Of a DNA stretch of 62,159 bases, positions 11,093 to 23,659 are shown piece after piece. Under the pieces are notes generated by a model. That model made no database searches. It saw nothing but the letters and a program-made list of their open reading frames with translations, and was not told the origin of the DNA. Made by a program: the position numbers and the translations under genes. The stretch's first letter is position 1; every line of letters begins with the position of its first letter. The stretch comes from Moniliella sp. 'wahieum' (lineage: Eukaryota), in NCBI GenBank assembly GCA_003971905.1, contig RSEE01000124.1:124001-186159 (forward strand), given 5' to 3'.

Positions 11093-11812
11093 CTGCACCA
11101 CAGGCAAGCGCAAGGAAGGAAGGGTTAGTGAGTGCAAGGGCGAGGACGACGGCAGGGCCAAGGCCACGTACGGGAAAGGACGACCTTGGAGAGCGATGGA
11201 GAGAAACAAGCGACCGCGCGGAGACACCGTGCGTGGTCTTCGGGCGAGCGGGACGGGGGCGCCTACAGCGCACGCGGGTTGCGTGCTGGCACGGCGGCGC
11301 GTGAGACTGCCGTTGTGCGGGGCGCTTAGGGTTGCTGCGGCGAGTATTCGGCCAGCGATGGGTTTGCGACCGGTGAGCCATCCCCGGTCGCAGCGCGTGC
11401 CTGTTGAAATGTTCACCCATCCCGGCGCATAATGCAATGTTGCAAATCGAGTGGCGGCGTCTTGTTTGAGCGTCTTGCACCTCCGCTATCGCTGTCCCCC
11501 CGCTTACACCGACACGATGGACACGATGGACACGACGCACACGAGGGACACGATGGAGATGGCCCACATGATCTGACTGGTCGCTTCGCAGCTGCCTCTC
11601 CCTGTGCCCCCTAGTGACGCCAAATGGCGATGTGGAAAGTAGATGCAATGTCCGTCTTGGCGCCTGCGCCACGCACCAAGCCCAGGATTCAAGGCGGTCG
11701 CTACACATAGATACGGGTATCAAATGGCTTCTCAGTCTGAGGCCGCACGGTGAGGGGTGAGGCCGGTGAGGGGGTGCGGCTCACCATCGCCCTCACAGAC
11801 CCCTTTCCTGCT

Positions 11813-14800
11813 TCACTCGCTCGACCGCTCTGCCTGGTCGCAACGCAGCAGCACCGGTGCGCCGAGCTGGACCGACCCGACGGACGTGCGCTCGGGTGCC
11901 CAGGCAAGGTGCGTGCCAAATACGACACGGCCATTGGAAGCTCTGCGGCGCTGAGAGATGCTGAGTAAAGTTTGAGGCAACTTGCGTCCGGTCCACTGAT
12001 CGATAGCTACCATTTGACACCTTCTACACGGGCCGAGAGAAACGAAGGTTTCTCCTCCCACTTGGATCCGGCTCAGTTGGTCCCAGGTAACGCACACCAC
12101 GTGCCTGCCTCGGCTTGCTGCGCGGCGAGGAGAGAGGCGTCGTTGGCGGTTGCAGCTGGAGGCGAAGGAGCTGGCGTGGTCCATGGTGATGCACAGGGAA
12201 CAAGTGGGTCCATACGTCTCGGTCGCTTGGCCGGGCGCTCTTGTCCTCCGTTCAGGTCCGCCTCCGTATCCGCCTCCGCCTTCGCCTCCGCCTCCGTATT
12301 CACATTTGCATTCGTATCCGAGCCAAGCGAAGCGACCTCATGCCCAGGCTGAGAGGGAAGAGGAGAATGGACAGTATCTGGGGGCCCAACGACGAAATTG
12401 GCGCGGAACCTGCGCGCGACATTACGCCAATGTAAGTTGCTCAAGGGCTTTTCGCCCTTGGCAGCCAAATCCTTCTCGATCCACGCTGCGACCGCCTGGA
12501 CCGCGCCTTGGTGCAGCAGTAAAAAGGGACTTTCGTTAGCGAGCAAGATAGGTGGTGGGTGGGTAGGGCACCATCCAATCCGTCGGGTCCGGAAAGGTCA
12601 GAGGAGGGAAGTAATTTGGTATGACGATGTGCTTGGTCAGGTGGCAGACGGGCCAGGTAGCTCTTCGACCGAGGAAGCGAGAAAAAGCATGGGTGATATG
12701 GGGTGCATCGTAGATCCGAGCGAGGACATTATCCGCGCACACGCGAAGAGGTTGGTCGCCCTGTGCGTTGGTGCCATACGGAATGAGCACAAGATCGTCG
12801 TCGTCTAAGTTGCCTGGGGCTTCCGGGTGGATTGGGGTGTTGTACGGCACGGGTTCGGGCCGACCGCGCGCAGCACAGTGAACGCGCGGAAACCGAATTT
12901 CCAACACTTGCTTGGCCCGATCCACAAACGGTCGGATAGTCGCCATTCTCGGTTCTCGTTTTTGACTGATCGCTCGCCCCGTATCCAGATCAATCACGCA
13001 CCATTCCCGGTCATGCAACAGTCCCGATCGAGTCAAGGGCCACGCCACCTCGGCTCCTTGCTCTCCCACTGAAAGTTCTTGTCCTGCACAGGACTGATCG
13101 GATACAGCGTCGCCATCTTCAACACGATGTCCGACGTGGGGGCAAGGGGAAGGGGAAGGGGAAGGGGAAGGGGAACGGGACGGGCAACTTCTTGCTGTTT
13201 TGCTGGCATGTCAGTCTGGTCCACAAAGTACATTTTGATAAACTCGATCAACTCATCCACATCCGACGCCGTGTTCCACACGCTCAACGAGGCACGAATT
13301 GACGCGGCTGGATCATCCTCGTCCGGCTCGGCAGGAGGGGGTTTGGGTTGGTCGGTGCCACCTGTGCCTGGATCGGTGTCGATGCCAGGTCCGGGGCCGG
13401 CCCCGGACCCTGCGATCGCCGCATACACACGCGACCGGGCCAAAGGACAAGAATCTGGTGCGTCCACTACGGCCTGAGCGGCCGTATCGCACCCCGCACC
13501 TTGCTCGTACACCTTCCACAGCAACTCCTCCGCATGGGCAAGTTGTTCTTCTGTTGCTGGTCCAGCTTGGTCGGCGGGGCAAAGAGTGTGGGAGACGGCG
13601 ACGCCTGCATTGCAGTGGCGGCCTACGCGAACATGGACGTTGGCGAGGGAAGCAAGACGTGCGAATTCGGAGGCGGGAACACGAGTTCCAGTCGAAGAGA
13701 GCAGAACAAACGCAGCGGTGGGACCTTGATCGCGATGGGACGTATCGGATGTGTCGGACGGATCAGACGGGTCCAAGCCTGCGCCTGTGGCCCATTGAGC
13801 CGCCTCGTGGCTGGACGACAAGACTCGTACAGCCGGGGTGCCATTGGCATGGCGGACGTGGGCAAGGCGCGTGTGAAGGTGGTAGGCAAGAAAACGTAAG
13901 TGTGCAGCTTGCTTGTCCCACGCGCCTAACACACGATGACACGCTTGCATCGCATGGCGCAACGCCACAATACCATGCACGTTGATCGTGCCATCCTCGA
14001 ACCGGGCCGGGAGACTACTGGGCCGAGCCACTTGGATGCCCTTCTGCGGCAGTAGGACCGAGACGGTGCCACCGCCATAATAAGGTTTGGCACGCAACAT
14101 GGATCCGCTCGAGGACTTGACCACCAGCCCGCCCAGGCCCGTTGGTGCGCCATATACCTTGTATAGAGAGAAGGCGATGAAATCGGGGGCAGAGTCGTAG
14201 CCTTCCTCGGTGGAAGAAGGTAGGGTCATCCGGTTGGAAGAGAGGTAGGCGGCGGCATCAACCAAGATCCGAGGTCGCGGCTGGGCAGCACAGAGATGGG
14301 CGAGCAACTGATCGTATTTACGTCCGGTTGCATTACATTGGAGCGGGAGGATGGCCAGCTGGTCGTGCGTCCAGGGATGGTGACGCATGTGTGCCTCGGT
14401 GAGTGCACCATGGGTCAGCCCGCGCGCCTGGGCAATCCCCGCAGGCCCACGACCGAAGTGTGAGCCTCGAGAAGATGGACGAGGTGCGGGCCCGGTGCCG
14501 AGGTGGAAAAGGCAAAGCTCTGTGCAACCGTTTGGAGCGAAGCGGTAGTGCCAGAGGTAAAGATCAGGTCCCAGCCGCCGCCGTCGCTGGGCAAGGAAAA
14601 GAGTTGGGTCAACACGTCGTGGCGAGCCTGCTCGACCATGTTGGCGGCACGGACGCCTGCTGCACTGAGGCTGTGCGGGTTGGCGTAGAAATGCTGGGCG
14701 AGGTCGTCGGCCCAGGCGCGGACGCCGGAGATGGGGGTAGGAGGCATGCCAGCCGCATCGAGGTAGAGCCCGCCAAAGTTGGTGCCATCGGGCAAGGTGT

Positions 14801-14876
14801 GGGCGTGGAGGGCGGGGAGCTCGGCGTGGCGGATGCGATGGATGTAGTCGTTGTAGGCTTCGTGGGCATTGGGCAT
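11813..14876 (-). CDS. hxB: Molybdenum cofactor sulfurase (aminotransferase-V + MOSC_N + MOSC), frameshifted
   Basis: LYLDAAG, YANPHS, IFTSGTTASL, EAHTSVVGLR, PLP-lysine motif SLYKVYGAPTGLG, GGGTV, RFEDGT, VRVGRHCN. MOSC_N: GLLHDREW..SQKREPRM. MOSC: ANESPFLL, RFRANFVV, PCRRC. Confidence 0.92.
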
Positions 14877-15804
14877 GGCAGGGACACTGGCGGTGGTGGC
14901 AAGGGCCGAGGGGCGGTGGAGGAGGAGCCGCGTAGACGGTGGCGGCGGAGGAGGCGGCCTGGCTTCCGAGCGGGGACGACGGACAGGGCCAGCGGGCGTG
15001 TAAGCGGTCTGGGTTCTGAGGCGCCCACTGGCAGTTGCCAGTGGCGTTAGTCAACAAACGCCAGCCGGCTGCCGCCGCCCGAAGCCACCGCCACCCAGCA
15101 CGGAGCAGTGTCGGCCGATGCCGGTTATCGATTATCAGCTGAACATGTCACATGTGCCATGCGTCTCCACTCTTCCGTACTCAGTCGTCGCTTGTGGAGC
15201 GTCGGCCCGGGTCCAAGTCCGCACTGTGGAGCAGCAGCTTCCATCGCTTCTGCAACTTGCGGCGCCACCAAGAAGTGGGCGAGGCGCTTGTCAGGCCTGA
15301 GGCTCAGGACCTAGGGGGAGGAAGCGGGGCCGAGGAGCCACATCCCCGTCACGCGTCCATACTGAGTTGCTCAGCGATCAGTATCTGTCGGAGGGCCTAC
15401 AAATCGGCGCAAGAAGATAAATGTACGATGTGGCTTAAGTTTTGAGTCTCGTTGGGAAGTATGAGGGTAAGCCTAGCTGCCTGAATGCGGCATTGCCAAT
15501 CCAGTCGCGCCCATTGAGATTGTACGCCTTTTATTGGTCTGTTTGGGTAAGGCGGTAACTGAGTACTGAGTACTGGACCAAGAAAAGAACACTTGGTCGT
15601 ACTGACTGCGTCCGTGTCTGCTCGTGTGCAACTTGCCTTGCTCTCCCATCTGCTCATTGCTGGGTCAGTATTCAGTATTCCGTACACAGTGCGGTGTTGG
15701 TGGCCAGAGGGACGGGCGATCATGCACCATGAATCATTGCAATTCGCGCCGCCCCGGAACATGTTCCATGCCATTACCCATTGGCCTCGGTCGGAATCAG
15801 GAAA

Positions 15805-17027
15805 TCAGTACAGCATCGAGCTCATATCCGCGCGGATGCGATCTACGGGAACAGTCCCTCTGTGCGACGAACGCGGCGATGGCAATGTCGGGTCCCACAA
15901 GTACTTGAGAGCCGTGGCCTTGATCACTTCTGGGGTCACCTGATCAACCTGGGTCTTAAACTGGTCCAAGGACACGCGGGTGCCCGTGGTGGCGAGTTGA
16001 TGACCGATCGTGTGCCAATCCCAAGGGAAGACCCTGGTCCAGGGAGAAAGCGAGTTTCAGTTGTGCCTTGGCGCGTTCGACGTCCAAAGTAGTGGGCGCA
16101 ATGCTCTGTCGCTGCCATTCCTTCAAGATAAAGTGAGTCGTATCGTCCAGCCGATCAATCTGGTCCGACTCGACGTACACGCCCCACAGGCCCGTGTCGG
16201 AAAAGGAATGACTAAAGTGGTTGTACGAGATGGCCAACTGGTTTCTGCCACCTTGGACGACAGTCGGCTGGAGAGCAAGGTTGATGCGCCCAGAGAGCGG
16301 TCCAGTTGCCCAGGATGGCTTGCAGCACGAGCAAGGGAACGTAATCGGGGCTGGTATAGCTAGCACCTTCGACGGCGATGGCAAAGTTGCACGTTGGGTA
16401 TGCATCGTCGCGGATCCGCACGTCTGATCCAACAAACTGCGTCGGCGTCGTCTTGGGCAACAGCAGCGGGTTGGCCGAGGTGGGGAGAGAGGTGAATAAT
16501 GATTTGGCTACGCTGACCAGTTGGTCATGGTCCACCGCGCCCGTAGCTACGATGGTCGGTTGTCCGAAACAAGGTACTTGTCCTGGAACAACTTCAATTG
16601 GTCCGGCACCAACCTATGTACCGACTCGTCCCCTTCGATCGTCTGGCCCAGCGCTTGCCTTTGGAACGCGACCGCATACAAGTGCTCAAACACAATGTCC
16701 TTAATGGGCTTATCGGTCTCATGCCGTTGCAGCCTTGGTCCGCTCTGTCTCCAACGCAGCTTGGCTCAAGTCGGGATTTTGTAACAGACGCGCCAAGGCG
16801 GCCACCGTCTGGATGCATCCTCCCCCAGCGATTCCACATAAAACGCCGTGCTTTCCCGGACGTGTAGCCATCCAACTTGTACCCCAACTTGTCCACCTCG
16901 GCCGCCGCGCCTGTCCAATGCGCCGCCCCACCCCCGACATACACACACACACACACCACACACACACACAACCACAAACAACACACACACAAACACACAC
17001 ACACACACACACCCACACCAAACACAC

Positions 17028-17070
<43 letters not shown>

Positions 17071-17422
17071 CATCCACCGGGTCAACAGTTGGTTCGGTCG
17101 TGCTCTACGTGCACGGCAGCAAGGACGACTACGGGCAGCGGAGAAGGGAGCGAAGCACACGCACCGGTGATGGAAACTTGGCTGAACAAGTTAGCGAGGC
17201 CACTGGCATCGGAAGCGTCGGTACGACTACCAGCGTTGATCCATGCACCGACGGTTGCCGTCTTGGCAGCCGGGTTGGCCTCGGTAGCAATGGTCAAGCG
17301 TTGTCTAGGACGCTGAGCTGGGTGATGGGCGTGCTCGGGGCGGCGGTGGCAAAGGCGCGGGAGGGCACAGCCGCCCGATGTACGGCAGGCACAGCGCGGC
17401 AGAACAGCAGGCGGACCGACAT
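15805..17422 (-). CDS. M16 peptidase family, beta-MPP / cytochrome bc1 Core-1-like protein lacking the HxxEH motif
   Basis: Mitochondrial presequence MSVRLLFCRAV..RAFATA; LTIATE..TATVGAWINAGSR; YTS; FVGSDVRIRDD; DTGLWGVY; VERAKAQLK; C-terminus KYLWD..RIRADMSSMLY*. Intron at 16911-17164. Confidence 0.88.
16938..17070 (+). repeat. Imperfect (CA)n microsatellite inside an intron
   Basis: Seen directly; lies within the minus-strand GTGCGT...CAG intron 16911-17164. Confidence 0.97.
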
Positions 17423-19070
17423 GGACGACGGTGAGGCCTGATTCGCAGGCGAGGAGGCAACGAGCAATGCAAAGCAAACGTTAGCGTTAATCCAGCAGTT
17501 GCGATTGGCTGCCGTCTGTGTTGGTGTGGGTTATTAACAACCCTACTCGGGCGCAGTGTTAGATCTTAGAAATGGACGGGTCACGTGCCTCCCTTGTCTG
17601 CCTAGGAAACGAGTCCACAGGGAGACTACGTTCGAGCGGTGTTTCGAAATGAAAAAAAGATCGGGGAGGTGGAGGTGGATCTGGGATCTGGATCTGGGGT
17701 GTTGCATGTTGGACCAGGTTAGAGTCCGGGCAGGCCACATCCACAGACGCTCCTCTCAGGCTCACGCGCCCACGGGCGCAGCTGAGCCTCAGCGCCCAGG
17801 CTGCGCGCCTCGCGTATTTGGCCCCTCGGGCGTGCCGGTTGGACCCGAATGTGGCTTGCAGTCTGAGAACTACTACTCGGTACTCAGTCTTATATCGATC
17901 CCTTAGGCCTTAGCACAGAAGGAAGGACTGGACTGACAATCGTCACGCGATGTTACCGGTTACCACATCGAAGACGCACGATCCTCACGCATGAGCTGCA
18001 TGAGCATAACCGCAGAGCCGGGGTGTATTGGGGCACGGGCGATCGTCATCCCATATCGCCAAGGCAAGGCCAGGCTGAGCGCTGACATGTGGCAAGGGCT
18101 GACATGGACTTCGACGATCGAACGCTCTGCCGCTCGCCGCAGCGCTCGTCGGCCTCATCCACGGTGGCGCTGAGCCGCTGAAAACGTTGATCGTCTTGAT
18201 CATCCGAGGCCGCAGGCCTCACGGGCCTCACGCGTCACGCCGGAAGCCCTGACATGTTACAGGGCGCCGGTGACGTCCAACTGCCGTTCATCGCTTCCGT
18301 CTGGACAAGGCGTGGGCTGGTGTGTGTGAGTACAGTACATATGCTTTTGGCTCGAGCGCTCCAGGCAGAACCCGCGACGCTTCTCAGATCTCTTGTGCCG
18401 GCAAGCGAAGGGCCCCACACCACCAGCAGGCACTAGGCAGCTCGCACCAGCTTGCTGCCCCGATTCATGATTCATGATTAATGATTGCGGAGCGGCAGCT
18501 CTCTTGGCCCACGCGCGTGCACGCTCACGCCACCTTTGCTTGTCCTTCTGGGCGATCCATTTCCCGATCGCACGTTGCTTGGTACCCGTGGTGTTACTAG
18601 TTACTGGTTCCCTTACCGGGTGAGAATGAGGCCTGAGGCCCTGAGGCCTGAGGTGAGGTGCACTACGCGTCGGCCTACGTCAACGTCAAAATGAGCATGT
18701 CAACGCACCACACAGACTGTGTCACAGGTGCGCTGTCAGCTGTGTGCTCAGGCTCAGGCGCAGTACCAGTGCGAGGGAGCCTCAGCGTCAGCGCAGGGCG
18801 AGTGACAGGTAGCGCTGAGCAGCGCCACGCATACTACACAGCCCCCGTGCCCCCTTCCCTGCTTTGCTTAGGCTCAGCCTGAGCGCTGAGGCTCAGCGCT
18901 CGCTCCGTCCCAAGCAACAACCAAGCGCCAGCAACCTGGACCCTAGATATATATCCTACGTCGAGACGAGGCAGGCTGTCGTCTTGCCACCCCTCCTCAA
19001 CTTTCCTACCTCCTCCTTGCGACTTCCTCCTTGCTCCCTCGTTGATTGTCTGCCCGTCTGGTTACTTACC

Positions 19071-19391
19071 ATGGTCCAACTTGAACCCACCGACTGGGGC
19101 GTTGTGAGTACAGATTCCCATCCTGCTGGTTTGGAGGGGGCGTTTGGTGCGCGGGAGAGGTGGCCGAGCCAGCTGCGCTGCCATGCGGGCCATGCGAGCT
19201 AACGACGATTCCTTTGTGTGCAGCTGCTCATCACAATCATCATTCCTCCCATTGGCGTGTTCATCCTCACCGACGGCTGCGGCATTGAATTCTGGATCGA
19301 TGTGGTGCTTACCATTTGCGGCTGGTTCCCCGGCGTGTTGGCTGGGCTGTACTGCTTCTACACGCGCAACAAGGACAAGCTCTCCTCCTAA
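19071..19391 (+). CDS. PMP3: Pmp3/RCI2-family plasma membrane proteolipid, 66 aa, two exons (19071-19103, 19224-19391)
   Basis: Spliced product MVQLEPTDWGVLLITIIIPPIGVFILTDGCGIEFWIDVVLTICGWFPGVLAGLYCFYTRNKDKLSS*. Intron GTGAGT..GCTAAC..CAG keeps the frame. Not shown by the ORF track. Confidence 0.93.
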
Positions 19392-20147
19392 GTGGGGTTA
19401 AGTGGGCTTAAGCGCTAAGCAGCCTTGAGTATACCTTTTTGTTTTCCCTATCCCCGCAGTGCATACCCGCACGTCCACGCCCATCTCTGGCTACTCCGGT
19501 CAATTGGGTTGGTGTGGGAGCACCCCATGCGTGGGGATGCGGTTGAACCCCCCCCCCCCCTTTCTTCCTCCTGTCTGGGCAGGTGCTGCAAGCACCGCTT
19601 CCTACCCTACACCCTTTGCTCTCGAGATGCGAGGCAAGGGTGCCGTGATACCAACTGTGCACCCAAGTGGTGTTTGTTTTCCGTAACTTCTGTTTCTTGA
19701 ACCTCTCTGGCTGGGAGCATGGTGAGCAATGGGTAGGGCACAGTGATGATAGCTAGTGAGCAGTGGATGGTATGGTATGGATGGTATGGCATGGGTGGTA
19801 TGGTCTGGTGTGGTGTGGGGTTAGGCTGCGGGGATGGTAGGGTTGGGGCAGCGCATCACGTGCCATTCGCCACCGCCGCTGCGGGGCAGCCTGCCAGCGC
19901 CAAGCATGCGCTGACGTGGCACGCGGGGGGCAGGCACGGCGCCAGTGCCACGCGTGGGCAACATTCAATATTCAATAGTATATTCAACCCAACACGCGCT
20001 CTGCGTTCGCAGCCCAATCAGAATCAGAATAGGCCCAGCTGTGGCGTGTTGATTTCCGAGTTGCACGTCTGCTGGCGCCACCTCTTTCTTGGCGCGTCTC
20101 CACCACCGCTTTTTTTTCTTTTGCTTTTCCTGTTCTTCGCGCCCGCC

Positions 20148-23021
20148 ATGGCCACCACGCGCATCCGCGTACGCACCCGCAGCGCCGCCGCCCCGCCCCG
20201 CCGCCTTCCGGCCCCACTTCCACCTCCACCTCCGCCTCCGCCTCTGCCTCTGCCTCTGCCTCCCCCGCCGCCGCGCCCGCCGCCCGCGCGTCTCACCGGC
20301 TCCTTCTCCCTCCCCGCCCTGCCCCGCCCCCGCCACCCCCACCCCCGCACCGGCGCCCGCGCCGCCCGCGCCGCCTCCACCTCCACCTCCGCCGCGTCAG
20401 CTGCCACGGGTGCCGCTCACGCCCGCACCGCCACCACCGACTGGCGCTGGCGCTGCTCGTGCGTCTTCGCGCGCTGCTTTGGCGTCCCGAGGGCAATGTC
20501 CAGCCGGCGCGGCATCCTGCCGAACTAGTGGAGAACGTACCCGACAAAGACGATGTGGTGTACTGGTCCTCGATTGCTCGTCCTATTGATCTCACCACGA
20601 TTGAAGATAAGGCGCGCAGGGGCCAGTACGCCACCCGTCCGAGTTTGAAGCGGACATGATGTTGCTCTTTTGTAATGCGCGTCGTGTTTTGATCCAGGGC
20701 ACGCCGCAGTTCGCCTTGGCCTGTGTGCTGCAACGATTTTACCAGCAACTGACCAGTTGGCCTTCGGACGCTTCTCCCGACGAGGTGAGTGCGCACATGG
20801 ATTCGGTCTACCAGGTCGTCACCGATAACCCGCACCACATTGATTCCAGTGTCCCACTCGGTCCGGGTGTGGCGACGCCCGTGCCTGAAGCCTTTGGCGT
20901 CGGAACAGGCTCGGAATCTTACCGTCCACAATCCAGCCTTCTGTACTGGCTTGTCGCGTAGCCAGCAAGAACAAGCTCGCCTTCTCTAGTGTTCCCTACA
21001 AGGGCCGCAACTACCGCCCGGGCGACTGGGTCCATCTCATCAACCCATCCGACCCTTCCAAACCGATTGTGGGGCAGATCTTCCGTGTGTTCCAGAAAAC
21101 CTCTACTACTGCTACTGGCAGTGGCAGTGGCAGTGGCAGCACTCCTCCCGCCCCCCGACCCTCTTCTCCCCGCCGTCGACCTCCTCCGATCCATGGTACG
21201 TATCCGTGTGCTGGTACTACCGTCCTGAGGATACGGTGCACCCACCTTCGCGGCGCTTTCTGGTCGGGGAAGTGTTCAAGACCGGTCTTGTGGTGGACCA
21301 TGCGATCCAGGACATTCTAGAGCCCACATGCGTGATGTACGCTACGCGGTACGTACGCGGGTCGTCCGGGGATGGACCGAGACTGGCTTAGCAGGTCGAG
21401 GTGGTGGTGAACCGTACGTGGTGCAGTTCCGGTACAACGAACAGCAGCGCGTATTTACCAAGATCAAGAACTGGTCCAGCTGTCTGCCCGAGGACGTACG
21501 GCGGACTTGTTCCGAGGCTGCAGTGGTGCCATTTGAAGATAAGGCCGTGCGAACGTTAGACCGACAAGTCCCTTCTCCGTTGCTCAGTGGCGTCCGGGGA
21601 CCCGGCCTGCTGTGCAAGGAAGAAGATGTCAAGCGGCCTACGGGCATCGCGGCCGGTTCTAACGCCGAAGACCTGTTCCCTGTACCTGTTGCGCCAGGGG
21701 CCGGACCACCCAACAAGAAACGTAAACGGCCCAGTGCAAATGCAAGTGCTGCGCGCAAGCTTGCACGCGCGGGGTCGGCGGTCCAGGGCACTCTGCCGCC
21801 AGGGACGTTGGATCCGCGCGACGCGCACCGTGCGGCGTACAATGACTTGACGCATCACTTGGCCGCGGCGTATGGCGAGGCGGCAATCGGGTATGCGCAT
21901 CAGAGTTTGCAGCCTACCTCTGGTTTGCCTGGTTTGTCGGGTGTGTCGGGGTTGTCTGGGGTGTCTGGGACCGAGGTGGACCCACTGCGTCTGGCTTCCT
22001 CCCTTGCCCCGGCGCTCACTCTCCCCCCGCACGTGATCAAGTCTACCGCTGACATGTTGGCGGCGATGCGCGATGCGTCGGTGCACGCTACGGGTCTTGC
22101 GCCCCCGGTTCCGGGGAGGCGTTGCTCCGTGTTGGTGCGGCCGGGATGGGGACGAGGACAGACAAGGAGAAGGAGAAGGAGAAGGATAAGGATAAGGTCG
22201 TGGACGCGGACAAGGGCAAGGGGAAGAAGATGAGGTACAGGCGCAGATTCGAAGGACACTCGAGTTGGTTCCGTCTACGACACAGCTACGTTTGTTGGTG
22301 GTAAGGTACCCGTACCTTCCCACCAGCTTCACCTGCTTCGTCCCCCTCGGAACCTCCTACCACACCTCCTCCACAAGAACCGCGTGCGCCATTGACTTGG
22401 CTACCTGCGCCCTTGCCCCCCTTTACCCTTACCCTTACCCTCGTCCTTACCTTCATCTGTACCCTCATCGTTAGCGTTGTCCTCGTCTGTACCTTTACCC
22501 CCGTCCGCTACGCCATTCAAGACGTACGCGCAACGCTCGGCTATGGCCCTGTGGGGCTACACCCCTGCTCCGCCCGAATCCTTCCACACCCTTCCTTACC
22601 TCGCACATACCGCCCACCGTCTCGACTTGGCGTCTACTGACGAGGCGCGCCGGCAAGGCGCGACTAGCCTCCCTCCGCGCCTACTGCGCCCACCGCGCCC
22701 GATGCGCCTGCTACGGAGGGTGCGGATGCTGCAGCCCAAGCACAAGAACGGGACCAAGAACGGGAACAAGAACAAGAACAAGAAGCGGTGGATGCACTGG
22801 AAGCGCAACTGACGGAACTCAATGCGCTCAGTGGGTCGCCGTTGGACGGTGCGCTACCCTTACCCCTTGGTCTGGGATGGGGATGGAGTTGGAGCTGGAC
22901 GTGGCGCTGGGCAGACCCGATGCGCTCGAGGGGTTGGTGCCTATGCTCAGTGTGGGTGTTGAGACGGATTGACTGGTCAGATGGGAGGTGTGAGGTGGGA
23001 GGGGTGAGGGGTGAGGGGTGA
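20148..23021 (+). CDS. RSC1: RSC complex subunit Rsc1/Rsc2-like (bromodomain + BAH), frameshifted; end approximate
   Basis: Bromodomain YWSSIARPIDLTTIE..LLFCNAR. BAH domain PSKPIVGQIFRVF, CWYYRPEDTVH..EVFKTG, FRYNEQQRVFTKIKNWSSCLPE. Confidence 0.82.
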
Positions 23022-23659
23022 GGGGTGAGGTGATGGTGAATATTGAATGTGCAAATCCGACCGGGGCTCGCTCAGGCTCAGGCTGACGATCTCGACGATC
23101 TCGATGGTTCTTTCCTCCTCGACACGGTGGACGTAAGATTTAAGATACCCTGTTAATTGGGTGACTCTTGACATCCTGGCCCATGTCCCAGATTCCATGT
23201 CCCATGTGCCATTTTCTTCCTCTCTCGGGCCCCCGAGCTGTACCAGCTGTACATACCCTACCGTACCCGCTCTGAACGTGTGAAAAATATATATACCAGG
23301 GCGAACCGATCTCCCCTGCTCCGTCGCATTTTTTCGTTTTGTTTCGTTTTGTTTTGTACCTTGCTGCGGGAGGAGTGATTTGGCCACCGTGAGTATACTC
23401 TAGCGTCTGCGCCGTCATCTGCGCGCCCTTGCCCGCAAACGAGACGGGGTGGTGGGTGGTGAGCACCGATCCATCCAGCCGGTCGAGGCACTCACGCATC
23501 GGCCATGGCTGACGCGCTGACGGCTGCTGGGCGCGCGGGGCACGTGGCTGGTTCGGTGCAAGCTGCTGGGACAAGCGTGCGGCGGCGTGGGGCTGGGATG
23601 GGGTTGGTAAGCACTTCGAAGCTACTCTCCCACCCCCCACGCCTCTGCGCATCGCCACC

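Noticed and set aside
10670..11437. N-terminally extended 255-aa RPL14
   Set aside because: The extension is promoter sequence plus a 5'-UTR intron; the real start is 11092.
11441..11449. TGCAAATCG upstream of both RPL14 and ROK1 (51169-51177) as a ribosome-biogenesis motif
   Set aside because: Two 9-bp occurrences are too few to distinguish from chance.
16594..17441. ORFs rich in HT/CV repeats resembling metal-binding proteins
   Set aside because: They are translations of the intronic (CA)n microsatellite.
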